This document shows, one piece after another, positions 9,101-16,628 of a stretch of 55,386 nt of DNA. Origin of the DNA: Verrucomicrobiaceae bacterium. GTDB taxonomy: Bacteria; Verrucomicrobiota; Verrucomicrobiia; Verrucomicrobiales; V1-33. Numbering within the stretch: position 1 is the stretch's first letter; each line of letters starts with the position of its first letter. Below the pieces are notes generated by a model. It did no database searches. It saw only the letters and a program-made list of their open reading frames with translations, and was not told where the DNA came from. The translations under genes were made by a program, and so were the position numbers. Location: assembly GCA_027486335.1 (NCBI GenBank), contig JAIXPK010000178.1:1-55386 (forward strand). The letters are read 5' to 3'.

Positions 9101-10189
9101 GCCGTCTTCGTCGAGCCAGAGTTCGCGATCGAATTTGAGGCCTGGGGGGCGTTGGGCTCCCATGCCGCGCATTTTTTCGTCGATGGAGAAGGGGGATTGG
9201 GATTCCCAGAGGTAGAGAGGGAGACGGCGCCAGCGTTCGGGCATGGTGGTCTGGGCGACGTCGATGGCGGTGATGTTGCGGAGTTCGACGACGCGGAGGG
9301 CTGGGTCGGCCTGGAAGGCGATGAGTTCCTGCGGGGCGAGGGGGGTGCGGCCGGTGGAGTAGGCGAAGGAGTCGGCGGTGGAGGTGCGGAAGGCGTCGAT
9401 GGCGATCTGCCATTTGCCGGGACGGAGCTGGGCGCGGAGTTTGCCGTCGTTGTCGAGGGCGCAGGGGAGCGGGGAGGAGATGGATGAGGGGAGCCAGCCG
9501 TCGGGGAGGGCGAAGCCGAGGATTTCCTCGCGGCTTTTGCCGGAGACGGTGAGTTCGATTTCGGTGCGCAGCCACATGGGGATGCCGTCTTCGATGACGC
9601 GGTAGACCTTGAGGGAGAGGAGGTCGCGATCGGCGGCGGCGGCGCGGGAGCGTTTGAGCCAGAGAGTGCCGTCGGGTTCCCAGTCGGGGGCGTCGACGGG
9701 TTTGCCGTCGGTGGTGAGGCGGAGGATGCCGATTTCGGGTGGGAGGGCGAGTTTTTCGGGGATTTCGGGCCAGCGGAAGGTGCCGGCGACGGAGTGGAGG
9801 CCGGGCTGGAGGTGGATGGCGGGCTGGGAATTGCGGGAGACGACGGGGACGGGAGCGCCGCCGACGGTGACATCGTGGGGCCATGCGTCGGCGTGGCCTG
9901 GGAGGGTGAACCATGCGGCGTCGAAGACGCGGACGTTGAGGGAGAAGCGACCGGCGGCAGGGGAGGCGTCGAGGTCGAGGGTGGAGGGCCAGACGGGTCG
10001 GCGGGCGGTGGCGTCGCTGGCGTCCGGGGGGCTATGGTGGTTGGGAGCGTCGCGGAGGACCCATGGGATCCAAGGGGTGAGCGGTGCGGGAATGGCGGGG
10101 TCCGGGGCGGCGTGGGCGGGAGGGACGGAGGCGGCTAGGGGTAGGAGCCATGCGGCGAGCCAGCGGAGGAACGGCCGGGAGGTGATCAT
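6113..10189 (-). CDS. Giant (1358 aa) two-module envelope membrane protein, function unknown
   Basis: Signal peptide (LAAWLLPLAASVPPAHA). A ~450-aa predicted periplasmic region, a TM cluster, a linker, a second signal-like segment (IALLSCLFLFAPSLSNA), a second ~430-aa region, then a C-terminal cluster of about 6 TM helices. One uninterrupted frame with consistent C-ending codon usage. Confidence 0.8.
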   Translation of the reverse strand: MITSRPFLRWLAAWLLPLAASVPPAHAAPDPAIPAPLTPWIPWVLRDAPNHHSPPDASDATARRPVWPSTLDLDASPAAGRFSLNVRVFDAAWFTLPGHADAWPHDVTVGGAPVPVVSRNSQPAIHLQPGLHSVAGTFRWPEIPEKLALPPEIGILRLTTDGKPVDAPDWEPDGTLWLKRSRAAAADRDLLSLKVYRVIEDGIPMWLRTEIELTVSGKSREEILGFALPDGWLPSSISSPLPCALDNDGKLRAQLRPGKWQIAIDAFRTSTADSFAYSTGRTPLAPQELIAFQADPALRVVELRNITAIDVAQTTMPERWRRLPLYLWESQSPFSIDEKMRGMGAQRPPGLKFDRELWLDEDGRGLTWRDRLSGSGQNTWRLDASPGQQLGSVKIDGEGQLITRHPTNKTEGVEVRRRNLNLTATGRSAFSGSLNATGWQANAESLDVNLHLPPGWRLIAAFGPEWSQGDWLTSWSLLDVFMVLILGLAVHRLHNWKTAVLAVVALVLLWKEPNAPRWTWGILVTVAALRLVVPKGRAASILSTLALAAALAFAIITVPFLSRQITGMLHPQVESINPVPFFPPSAPVEYTVSFSANSGDESTESGRAPQQQFAAKSNMAYDSKAKIQTGPAIPKWDWRRVSFGWRGPVTPTQEVRLLLLPVLPQRILTLVRILLLLALAWCLLRPRRSSTTTPPDSLPSPSTTATIALLSCLFLFAPSLSNAQDAPPDAPTPPAPAPTLLDDLRKQLLKTPDAFPGAAEIPLVKLKLEDRALTIEATIHTAADCAVPLPGQLPAWSPLSVSVNGEPAAALARRDGFLWIALPAGVHQLVLRGLLPAGTEWQWTFLLKPRLAEIDAPGWNITGLKPGGIPEAQVFFTRQQAAAGTEAAYDRRDFNAVAAVERHLELGLVWQARTRVLRLSGEGKAVAFQLPLLPGERVLTQGITPINGRIEIRLGAADKEFTWESELPVQPSLTLSAEKGGLWVERWFLETSPVWNVTIDGLAPVFSSNSPDLIPSWNPWPGESVNLAISRPEPVTGETTTVHSVTHTTTVGSQRRTSSLVLIVEASVGRDFPITLEPGADVTSLVHSNQPIDIPVRRDGDTVIIPVSPGDQFIRLEWHSSAPLQSSVPAGRVALPVESSNITQRIVLPEDRWILWVHGPLIGPAVRFWAVLVAAIVFGSVLGGLPFSPFSRRQWILLLTGLTQVPLIAGGGLIAWFFWLAWRGSPSGLRPGRPGFNFSQSLLALGVIPVIAVIAMVLYTGLLGSPSMFLLGKGSYGTTLHWFQARGGLELPRPSVISVSIWVYRGLMLAWSLWLALTLLRMARWAWSQFSAGGLWHHHTPTPAPAPSTSSNPPPPLP

Positions 10190-10255
10190 GTGAGGAGCCT
10201 GCCAGTGGAAGCGGGGCGGCGCCAGAACATTCCGGGGAAACCGGGGAGAGAGCGG

Positions 10256-11146
10256 TCAGCGGACGGCGGCTGAGGATTTGATGAAGATGCTGGTGTCGTA
10301 GCGGGGTTTCCACTGGGCCGGGGGATCTGGCGGGGACCATTTCCAGAGGACGCGGGAGGCGCTGCCGTTTTTGGCGAGGACGGCGATCTGGAGGGACGGT
10401 GAGGAGATTCCCGGGAGCCCGGCGGGGGAAATGACGATGGGGTTGGGGCCCTTCTGGAGGCCGCCGGTGATGACGCGGCCGCCGGAGTCGTTTTCGATGG
10501 ATTCGACGTGCATGCCTGCGTTGATGGAGATGGAGACGCGGCAGCCGTTGGCGATGACGGAGATACCGGCGACCTGGTACGGTTCGCGGCAGGGTTTGGG
10601 GATTGTGGGGTATGTGCCGGAGAGGGCGAACTGAGGTGCCTTGAGCCAATCGCGGCCGCCGCTGCGGAGGGATTGGCGGCTTGATTCGTCTTTGCCGAGG
10701 TTGACGAACTGGAGCCAGTCGAATTTCCAGCCGTCGGATTCGCGGAGGAAGCGGAGGACGACGGGGTTTTCGGCGGTGGAGCCGCCATCGAGGCCGAAGT
10801 CGACCTTACCGAAGTAGACGAGGCGGGCGGTTTCTCCGTGCTCTGCGGCGTCGAGGCAGGTGAGGCCGGTGAGGGCGGGTGCCTGGACGATGCCTTTGAA
10901 GACGGCGCGGGGCCATGGCTGGCCGAGGGAGACGACCTCGTTGCGGAGGCAGAGCTGGCGGTAGCGGGAGGTGTAGCGGGAGAAGGCGGCGAGGTCGCCT
11001 CGTTTCATGGCTTCGGCCCAGCCGATGTAGGCGCGTTCAAGCGTACCGCGGAGGACGGCGTCGACGCCGGCGGCCCGGCCGAAGGACGGCAGGAGGACGG
11101 CGGGAAGAGCGGCCATGAAGCGGCGACGCGGGAGAGGGACGGCCAT
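10256..11146 (-). CDS. Tat-signal exported protein, function unknown
   Basis: The N-terminus MAVPLPRRRFMAALPAVLLPSFGRAAG has a twin-arginine motif. Two-domain protein, 66 nt upstream of the giant gene on the same strand. Confidence 0.75.
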   Translation of the reverse strand: MAVPLPRRRFMAALPAVLLPSFGRAAGVDAVLRGTLERAYIGWAEAMKRGDLAAFSRYTSRYRQLCLRNEVVSLGQPWPRAVFKGIVQAPALTGLTCLDAAEHGETARLVYFGKVDFGLDGGSTAENPVVLRFLRESDGWKFDWLQFVNLGKDESSRQSLRSGGRDWLKAPQFALSGTYPTIPKPCREPYQVAGISVIANGCRVSISINAGMHVESIENDSGGRVITGGLQKGPNPIVISPAGLPGISSPSLQIAVLAKNGSASRVLWKWSPPDPPAQWKPRYDTSIFIKSSAAVR

Positions 11147-11203
11147 TACTGGATTGTATGGGGTGGCTCGGAGGAGAGTGCCAGGCGGAAATTCGAGTTG
11201 GGG

Positions 11204-11884
11204 TCAGCGGGTGGAGAGGTGGTGCCATGCACCGAGTCCGGCGGCCTTGGCTTTGCGTTCGAGGGAGCGGAGATGCTGGTGCTGCTGGCGTTCCGAGGGA
11301 CCGTGCGGGTGATCTGCGCCGGTCGTGTGGATTCTGGCGAGGCCGGCGGAGACGAGGGCTTCGGCGAGGTCGGTGGGCTGGCCCTCGGCGGTGGGGAGGC
11401 TGACGTGGGCGTAGAAGCGGTGGCTGTCGAAGACGCGTTCCCAGCGGGTGAAGATGGTGAATGGAGTGCTGCGGAGGTGGTCCGAGGTGAAGGCGCGGGC
11501 TACCTGACCGGCGCTGATGACGGCGTCGTTGCCGATGCCGCCAAAGTAGCGTGCCTGGTCTGCGATGCGATCGGGGCCGGCCGAGCGCTGAATGGTTTCC
11601 GGGCAGTCGGCGAAATAAAGTCTGAAAATGCGTTCATTTCCGGCAGCAGAGACCTTGAAGCTGTCACCGTCGTTGGTGCTGCTGGGGAGAAGGCGGCAGT
11701 TTTCGAGGCAGTGCCAGCCGGGGCTGGCGGGTGGTGGTGACGGTGTGGAGGGGGATGATGAGAGCGAGAGAGAGGGTAGGGGAATGGCCTGCTGGAGTTG
11801 GACGACGGCGAAGGCTGCAACGGTCAGAGGGAGCAGCCAGCGGGCGGGGGAGGCGGATGGGGCCTGGGGAGGGCGGGCCTTCAT
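11204..11884 (-). CDS. Thermonuclease (staphylococcal nuclease, SNase)-like protein with N-terminal anchor
   Basis: SNase-pattern segments DGDSFKV, RLYFADCPE, FYAHVSL...DLAEALVSAGLARI and a C-terminal ...AKAAGLGAW. Start placed at ATG 11882-11884 (MKARPP...); an upstream start at 11920 is possible. Confidence 0.7.
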   Translation of the reverse strand: MKARPPQAPSASPARWLLPLTVAAFAVVQLQQAIPLPSLSLSSSPSTPSPPPASPGWHCLENCRLLPSSTNDGDSFKVSAAGNERIFRLYFADCPETIQRSAGPDRIADQARYFGGIGNDAVISAGQVARAFTSDHLRSTPFTIFTRWERVFDSHRFYAHVSLPTAEGQPTDLAEALVSAGLARIHTTGADHPHGPSERQQHQHLRSLERKAKAAGLGAWHHLSTR

Positions 11885-12027
11885 GAGTGGAGGACTAACA
11901 GCATTTGGCGGGAGCGGCAAGATGGGAAATTGGGCTAAGTCGGGAACTGATGAATGAACGCAATAAAATTGCTTTACAGAACGAGGTACCCCACGTATGA
12001 GTGGTGAAACTTTGCCGTACCTCCACC

Positions 12028-12816
12028 ATGAAGCCTTTCAACTTCGCTCCAATAGCCGCAGCGGTCCTCGCAGGAGTCAGTTCAGTCCAGTCCGCTGTCG
12101 TCTATGACAGCCTGGGGAATTTTTCTCTGTTGTATCCAGCGCTGAGTTCCTCGCAGAATCCGACCGGGACTGGTGGCAACCAGTACCTCGGCGGTGCGCT
12201 GAATCTTGCGAATTTTACGCCGGGAGAGGCGTTGGAGTCGATCAACCTGCGGATGATCAACCAATCGGGCGTTCCGATTGTGTCTACGCCGGTGCGGTTG
12301 AATGTGTGGCTGTGGAATTCGGTTCCGCTGACACTCGGTGGCTTGGCATTCGCTGATCAAGTGGGCAGTCCGGGTGCGCCGACGGCGGTGTTCAATCTGG
12401 GGAACATGAGCTTGAATACGAATTCGAGTACGCCAGTGGCGGTGACCTTTCCGACTCCGGTGGTGTTGAATCCGACAGTGGGGAACGTGGTGGGGATTAC
12501 GTTGAACTATGAGGTTTTTGAGGGTGGTGTCTGGGTGAGCAAGGCGAATGTGAACAGTGGGGTGTTGGGTGGTGGTTCCCAAGCTGCGCCGCTGATTGGA
12601 TCGAACCCATTGGGCAGTTCCCCGAATTTTGCGTTCTTCCGGAGTGTGAATACTCCGACTGATACGACCGGAAACTTTTCTACGAGCAGCAGTCGGAACA
12701 TTGGTGTGAATTCTGGTTTGCCGATCATGCTGGTGACTGTTCCGGAACCGGGTACGACGACGCTTGCGATCGGCGCGGCGGCGTTGGTTTTGACGATCCG
12801 TCGCCGGAACGCTTGA
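12028..12816 (+). CDS. PEP-CTERM sorting-domain secreted protein
   Basis: Signal peptide MKPFNFAPIAAAVLAGVSSVQSA (ATG 12028, inside the GTG-started ORF 12001). C-terminus VPEPGTTTLAIGAAALVLTIRRRNA. Confidence 0.85.
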   Translation: MKPFNFAPIAAAVLAGVSSVQSAVVYDSLGNFSLLYPALSSSQNPTGTGGNQYLGGALNLANFTPGEALESINLRMINQSGVPIVSTPVRLNVWLWNSVPLTLGGLAFADQVGSPGAPTAVFNLGNMSLNTNSSTPVAVTFPTPVVLNPTVGNVVGITLNYEVFEGGVWVSKANVNSGVLGGGSQAAPLIGSNPLGSSPNFAFFRSVNTPTDTTGNFSTSSSRNIGVNSGLPIMLVTVPEPGTTTLAIGAAALVLTIRRRNA

Positions 12817-12945
12817 GCTGAAATCTGTTGGAACAGAGAAGGCAGCCACGCTGGCAGATTGGAAACTAAAAGCCATTGGTCCGAGAACTGCTTCAGCATT
12901 CTGATCTTGGTGCGGTAGTAAACAAACAATCCACTCTCAAAAAAT

Positions 12946-13671
12946 ATGAAGCTCATGCAGTTCGGCTCTGCCATAATGTTGGTTGTTGCTGGTTCGCTCC
13001 AAGCGCAAGAAGTTGCTCCGAAGCCCTCGTCTTTGGGTGAGTTGACGCGTCAGCAGGCCGCGAAGTTCAAGGGCATTAGCCCTGAGCAGGCGAAGCGGAT
13101 GTTTGAGGAGGCGATCAAAGCGGTCTCGGCTGGCTCTGATGTTGCTGCTGCTGGTATTGTGGCTGGCGCAATTGAGGCCAATCCTGATCGGATTGCTGAG
13201 ATTGTTGAGTCGGCGACACGGCTTCAGCCGATGTTTGCGCCGGTGGCGGTGGCTACGGCGGTGGGATCCCATCCTGATCAGGCGACGAAGGTAGTGGTGG
13301 CGGCCCGCGCAGGGGTGCGTCAGTCGCCAGTGGGTCAGGTGGAGGCACCGAAGGCCGGGAGTGAGGCGAAAGCGGTGGTGGCTGGGTCTGAGAAGGTGAA
13401 GGTTACGATGGCGAGTTTGAATGCGTCGATTGTGGCGGCATCGAAGGTGGCGAGCAGCAAAGGCGAGGTGAGTCGTTGGTTGTGGGGCGTTCCGGGACGG
13501 CCGAGTGCGGTGGTTCGTCCGATTGACGCGCTCAATCTGGTGGCCGCTGGGATTCATGCGGTTGAAGGGGAAGAAGGTGGTGGAGCACCGATTGATCCGG
13601 GTGGTGGTGGTGAGGAGGGAGGCGGTCAACCCACAGACCCATCCGAAAGCAATAATACTCCGCCTCCCTGA
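12946..13671 (+). CDS. Secreted Ala-rich protein, function unknown
   Basis: Signal peptide MKLMQFGSAIMLVVAGSLQAQ, an Ala/Val-rich helical body and a Gly/Glu/Pro-rich tail. Coherent coding codon pattern. Confidence 0.65.
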   Translation: MKLMQFGSAIMLVVAGSLQAQEVAPKPSSLGELTRQQAAKFKGISPEQAKRMFEEAIKAVSAGSDVAAAGIVAGAIEANPDRIAEIVESATRLQPMFAPVAVATAVGSHPDQATKVVVAARAGVRQSPVGQVEAPKAGSEAKAVVAGSEKVKVTMASLNASIVAASKVASSKGEVSRWLWGVPGRPSAVVRPIDALNLVAAGIHAVEGEEGGGAPIDPGGGGEEGGGQPTDPSESNNTPPP

Positions 13672-13697
13672 GGAGTCGGTCTAGTAGATTTTTGAGA

Positions 13698-13736
13698 AGG
13701 CGGGTCAGATGAATTTCTGGCCCGCCTTTGTTTTTG
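13698..13736 (+). terminator. Rho-independent terminator after the 12946-13671 gene
   Basis: Stem AGGCGGGTCAG / CTGGCCCGCCT (13698-13708 / 13717-13727, one G-U pair) followed by TTGTTTTT. Confidence 0.5.
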
Positions 13737-14052
13737 GATTTTTGGAGGCTGGATGGTTTGGAGTTGAATTGAGGTGGGAGCGCTTGCGGCCAACGGGCTT
13801 GAAATGGGGGGAGACTGAGGATCTGGGGTATTGATGCAATGATATTTTTTATAAATGTTCTTGCGGCGGGACGGAAATATCGGTAAATGTTAATGAAGTG
13901 ATCCTCGGAATTTCCGGGGTATTTTTTCGGACAAAATGAAGATCTCTCGAAGTATAGCGAACGCGCCCGGGTTGAGCTGGACGTCCATGCGGCCACGCGA
14001 CCGGTTTTTTGATGAGAAGTACCGCATGCTTGGGCATGGCGGGCCGGATCGG

Positions 14053-15654
14053 ATGCGGCTGGGCAATGGAGCGGTTCTGCAGACCTTGACGTGTTCGGTG
14101 CTTGGGATGTCATTGATGGGAATGGGATCGATCATGGCGGACGGGCAACCGACTGCGGGCAGCGGGGACGTCAATGGTGGACAGCCATTGGAGCCTGTGG
14201 TGGATGGTGTCCCGGGGCTCCTTGCTGCTCCGAAGGATGGTGCAGCGGTCCCTGCGGTCCCAGCGGTCCCAGCGGTCCCAGCGGTTTCGGTGCCGTTTGA
14301 TGCCGGTGCGATGACGGGATCGGAGGTGGCGTTGCCGAAGGTGAATCCGCCGGAATTGCCGACGGGAACGGGAGCGGAGGCTGGGCCCAGCGGGGACGGA
14401 TTGGTGCCATTGGATTCGGCGGCCATGGATGCCTCGGGGTCTGGAACTGCGGCGCTGACGCCGGCGGGTAGTGCGGCGGAGGGAGTGGCGGCTGAGGCTG
14501 GCGACGCAGGGCTGGACGGTGCGCGTGAAGTCAGTCGGGAGATGCTGGATGATGTTCAGGACCGCGCGAATGGGCGGCCGTGGACCTTCAATGTGACGAG
14601 CGGGGTGATGTACGATGATAACATTCAGTTCCAGCAAGCGGGGGGGGATCAAATCTCTGACATCATTCTGAATGGCGGGTTTAATTCCAGCTATGCGATG
14701 CGGTCCGGGAGCATCGTGGAGTCCTTGAACGGGGTGCTAGGCGGCAGCTACATGAAGTATCTGGAGAACGGGGAATTCAGCGGATGGAACGGCAATGCTG
14801 GGCTGGCGAGCACGATTCGGTATGGTGATTTTGCGGGTTCGGTGAATGTCACGGCGGCCCAGGTGAATGGGGCGAACCGGTTGGTGGGTGGGTTTTCGGT
14901 GAACCGGAACTACCTTGCCTCGGTGACGGGGAGTTACGATGTCAGCGAGAAGACCCGATTGACGTCGAGCTTCAATCTGAACGTGATGGATTTCGTTCAG
15001 CAATCGTACCAGGCCCAGCAGTTCAATGGGAACAGCACGATGAGTGCGAGTTTCGGGGCGAATTACGCGGTGACGGCGAAGACGCGGCTGGGTGCGAACT
15101 ACATGTGGACGGAGGCGAAGCAGGAGGCATTTTCGAGTTGGGGATTCAGTTCGATCAACGCGACGGCTGAGTGGCAAGCGACGGCGAAGACGGGCTTTAC
15201 GGGGAGTCTCGGGCGTCAGGTGAGTTCGCTTGACGGGGTGGAGACGGGGGACGGCCCGGGATGGATTGGGTCGCTAAATGGCAGTTGGCAGGCATCGGAT
15301 CGGATGGCATTGACGTTAGGCTTTACGAGGTCGGCTGCGGCGGCAGCGGTTGGCGGGAATGGGTCGATGAACTTCAACACGATCAACTTCGGGCTGTCGC
15401 GAACGGTGACGGATCGTTTGACGGGCTCGCTGCAGGTGAGTTACCGGAAGGATGATTATCAGGATTTGGATGGAGGGGATGAGTTTCAGGGGCGGGAGGC
15501 GACTTATTGGAACATTGGGTCGGCGATTACGTGGCGAATCTCGACCCGCGCGATGCTTGGGGCGACCTATGATTTTCAGGATAACTCCTCGACGTTTGGT
15601 CAATGGAATTTCAGTGCGAACCGGATCGGGGTGAATTTCTCGTATGCTTTTTGA
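14053..15654 (+). CDS. Outer-membrane beta-barrel protein, putatively PEP-CTERM/EPS-system associated
   Basis: Signal peptide MRLGNGAVLQTLTCSVLGMSLMGMGSIMA (start 14053; 13936 or 14026 also possible). A ~190-aa low-complexity N-terminal region, then alternating-hydrophobicity strands ending in the OMP-type terminus ...GVNFSYAF. Confidence 0.75.
   Translation: MRLGNGAVLQTLTCSVLGMSLMGMGSIMADGQPTAGSGDVNGGQPLEPVVDGVPGLLAAPKDGAAVPAVPAVPAVPAVSVPFDAGAMTGSEVALPKVNPPELPTGTGAEAGPSGDGLVPLDSAAMDASGSGTAALTPAGSAAEGVAAEAGDAGLDGAREVSREMLDDVQDRANGRPWTFNVTSGVMYDDNIQFQQAGGDQISDIILNGGFNSSYAMRSGSIVESLNGVLGGSYMKYLENGEFSGWNGNAGLASTIRYGDFAGSVNVTAAQVNGANRLVGGFSVNRNYLASVTGSYDVSEKTRLTSSFNLNVMDFVQQSYQAQQFNGNSTMSASFGANYAVTAKTRLGANYMWTEAKQEAFSSWGFSSINATAEWQATAKTGFTGSLGRQVSSLDGVETGDGPGWIGSLNGSWQASDRMALTLGFTRSAAAAAVGGNGSMNFNTINFGLSRTVTDRLTGSLQVSYRKDDYQDLDGGDEFQGREATYWNIGSAITWRISTRAMLGATYDFQDNSSTFGQWNFSANRIGVNFSYAF
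14245..14289 (+). repeat. In-frame 9-bp tandem repeat (GCGGTCCCA x ~4.5) encoding (AVP)n
   Basis: The units gcggtccct, gcggtccca, gcggtccca, gcggtccca and gcggtttcg follow each other directly, inside the disordered N-terminal region of the OMP. Confidence 0.8.
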
Positions 15655-15776
15655 AGCAGATGGCTGACTTGGCATGCATGCTGCTTCTGAATGGATTGGT
15701 TGAGGGCAGAAGCGGGGCTGCGACCGTGGGCCTTGTGAAAACTCTCTAACCCGAAATCGGCGCGCACATTTTCTCT

Positions 15777-15805
15777 TTGACTTTGCAAAAGTCCGAGGCA
15801 TAAGT
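15777..15805 (+). promoter_or_regulatory. Putative sigma70-type promoter of the 15860 PEP-CTERM gene
   Basis: TTGACT (15777-15782), a 16-nt spacer, then CATAAG/ATAAGT (15799-15805), in an AT-rich spacer about 55 nt upstream of the ATG. Promoter rules for this lineage are not established, so confidence is low. Confidence 0.3.
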
Positions 15806-15859
15806 CGGCCAGTGTTGACTAAAAAACAAAAATTGTCCCCAAACCCAACCCAAAAACAC

Positions 15860-16534
15860 ATGAAAACCAAACTAGCCATCTTGGCGCTGGCAGCTACTTC
15901 GGTGGCCGCTAACGCTGCCTACATCTTCTCGTCGCCGACGCCAGAAACTTCGTCCACGACTCAGCCGACCGTTTCTCGGGTCTACGGAGTCGAGTTCACG
16001 CTGAACTCTCCAGCATTCCTCGATACTTTCGCGGTGTATGACTACCTCGGCGACGGTTGGACCGCTGGCGATGCCAAGCAGATCTCGCTGTATTCGCTCT
16101 CGGGCGCGACGTACACCCGGATTCAAAACACGACTCTCACGACGAGCACGGGCTTGGCCACGCTGACTGACTTCGTCGGCGTTCAAGACTTCAAGGTCGC
16201 GAGCTTCGGTGGATCGGTCTCGTTGGCTGCCGGTACGTACTTCATCGGCATGTCCGAAATCCGGTCCGGTGCGAACTTCCACGGGTACACGTCCCCAGAA
16301 GGCACCCTTACGGAGCCTACGATCCCGATGTTGGACTCTTATCGGATTGCCCAATTGGGTGCGACGTCTGGTGTTGCCACGGTTCCAAATCCAACCTTCG
16401 CTGCCAGCACCGTGCGTGATTCCGGCAATGTCTTCGTGATCCCGTCGTTGGTGAACGTTCCAGAAGCTGGTTCGTCCGTGATGGCCTTGGCACTTGGTGC
16501 GATGGTCCTGCGTTTCCGCAGCCGCCGCGCCTGA
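15860..16534 (+). CDS. PEP-CTERM sorting-domain secreted protein (probable abundant exosortase substrate)
   Basis: Signal peptide MKTKLAILALAATSVAANA (ATG 15860). C-terminus VPEAGSSVMALALGAMVLRFRSRRA. Codon usage (TTC, TAC, AAC, GAC, GGC, ACC, GCC) differs from neighbouring plus-strand genes. Confidence 0.85.
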   Translation: MKTKLAILALAATSVAANAAYIFSSPTPETSSTTQPTVSRVYGVEFTLNSPAFLDTFAVYDYLGDGWTAGDAKQISLYSLSGATYTRIQNTTLTTSTGLATLTDFVGVQDFKVASFGGSVSLAAGTYFIGMSEIRSGANFHGYTSPEGTLTEPTIPMLDSYRIAQLGATSGVATVPNPTFAASTVRDSGNVFVIPSLVNVPEAGSSVMALALGAMVLRFRSRRA

Positions 16535-16590
16535 GTTTGTCAAAGGTCTTGATTTCAGGATTGACTGAAGTCAGGCAGACTCCCATACAA

Positions 16591-16627
16591 GCACCTGCCG
16601 GACCTCCGGCAGGTGCTCTTTTTTTTG
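16591..16627 (+). terminator. Strong rho-independent terminator between the PEP-CTERM gene and the exosortase
   Basis: Perfect 11-bp stem GCACCTGCCGG / CCGGCAGGTGC (16591-16601 / 16606-16616), loop ACCT, then TCTTTTTTTT. The T-tract ends 2 nt before the ATG at 16629. Confidence 0.75.
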
Positions 16628-16628
16628 A

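Noticed and set aside
7270-9914. Several long ORFs (527, 340, 316 and 316 aa on the minus strand; 318 and 293 aa on the plus strand) inside the giant gene
   Set aside because: All are Pro/Arg/Ser/Gly low-complexity alternative-frame or antisense readings of the 6113-10189 CDS. They arise from stop-codon depletion in high-GC skewed sequence.
10957-10968. Second ops-like sequence GGCGGTAGCGGG (11/12 match)
   Set aside because: It lies inside the 10256-11146 CDS and is on the strand antisense to that gene, so it cannot act for that operon. It lacks the terminal TG. Kept as a warning about background near-matches on this G-rich strand.
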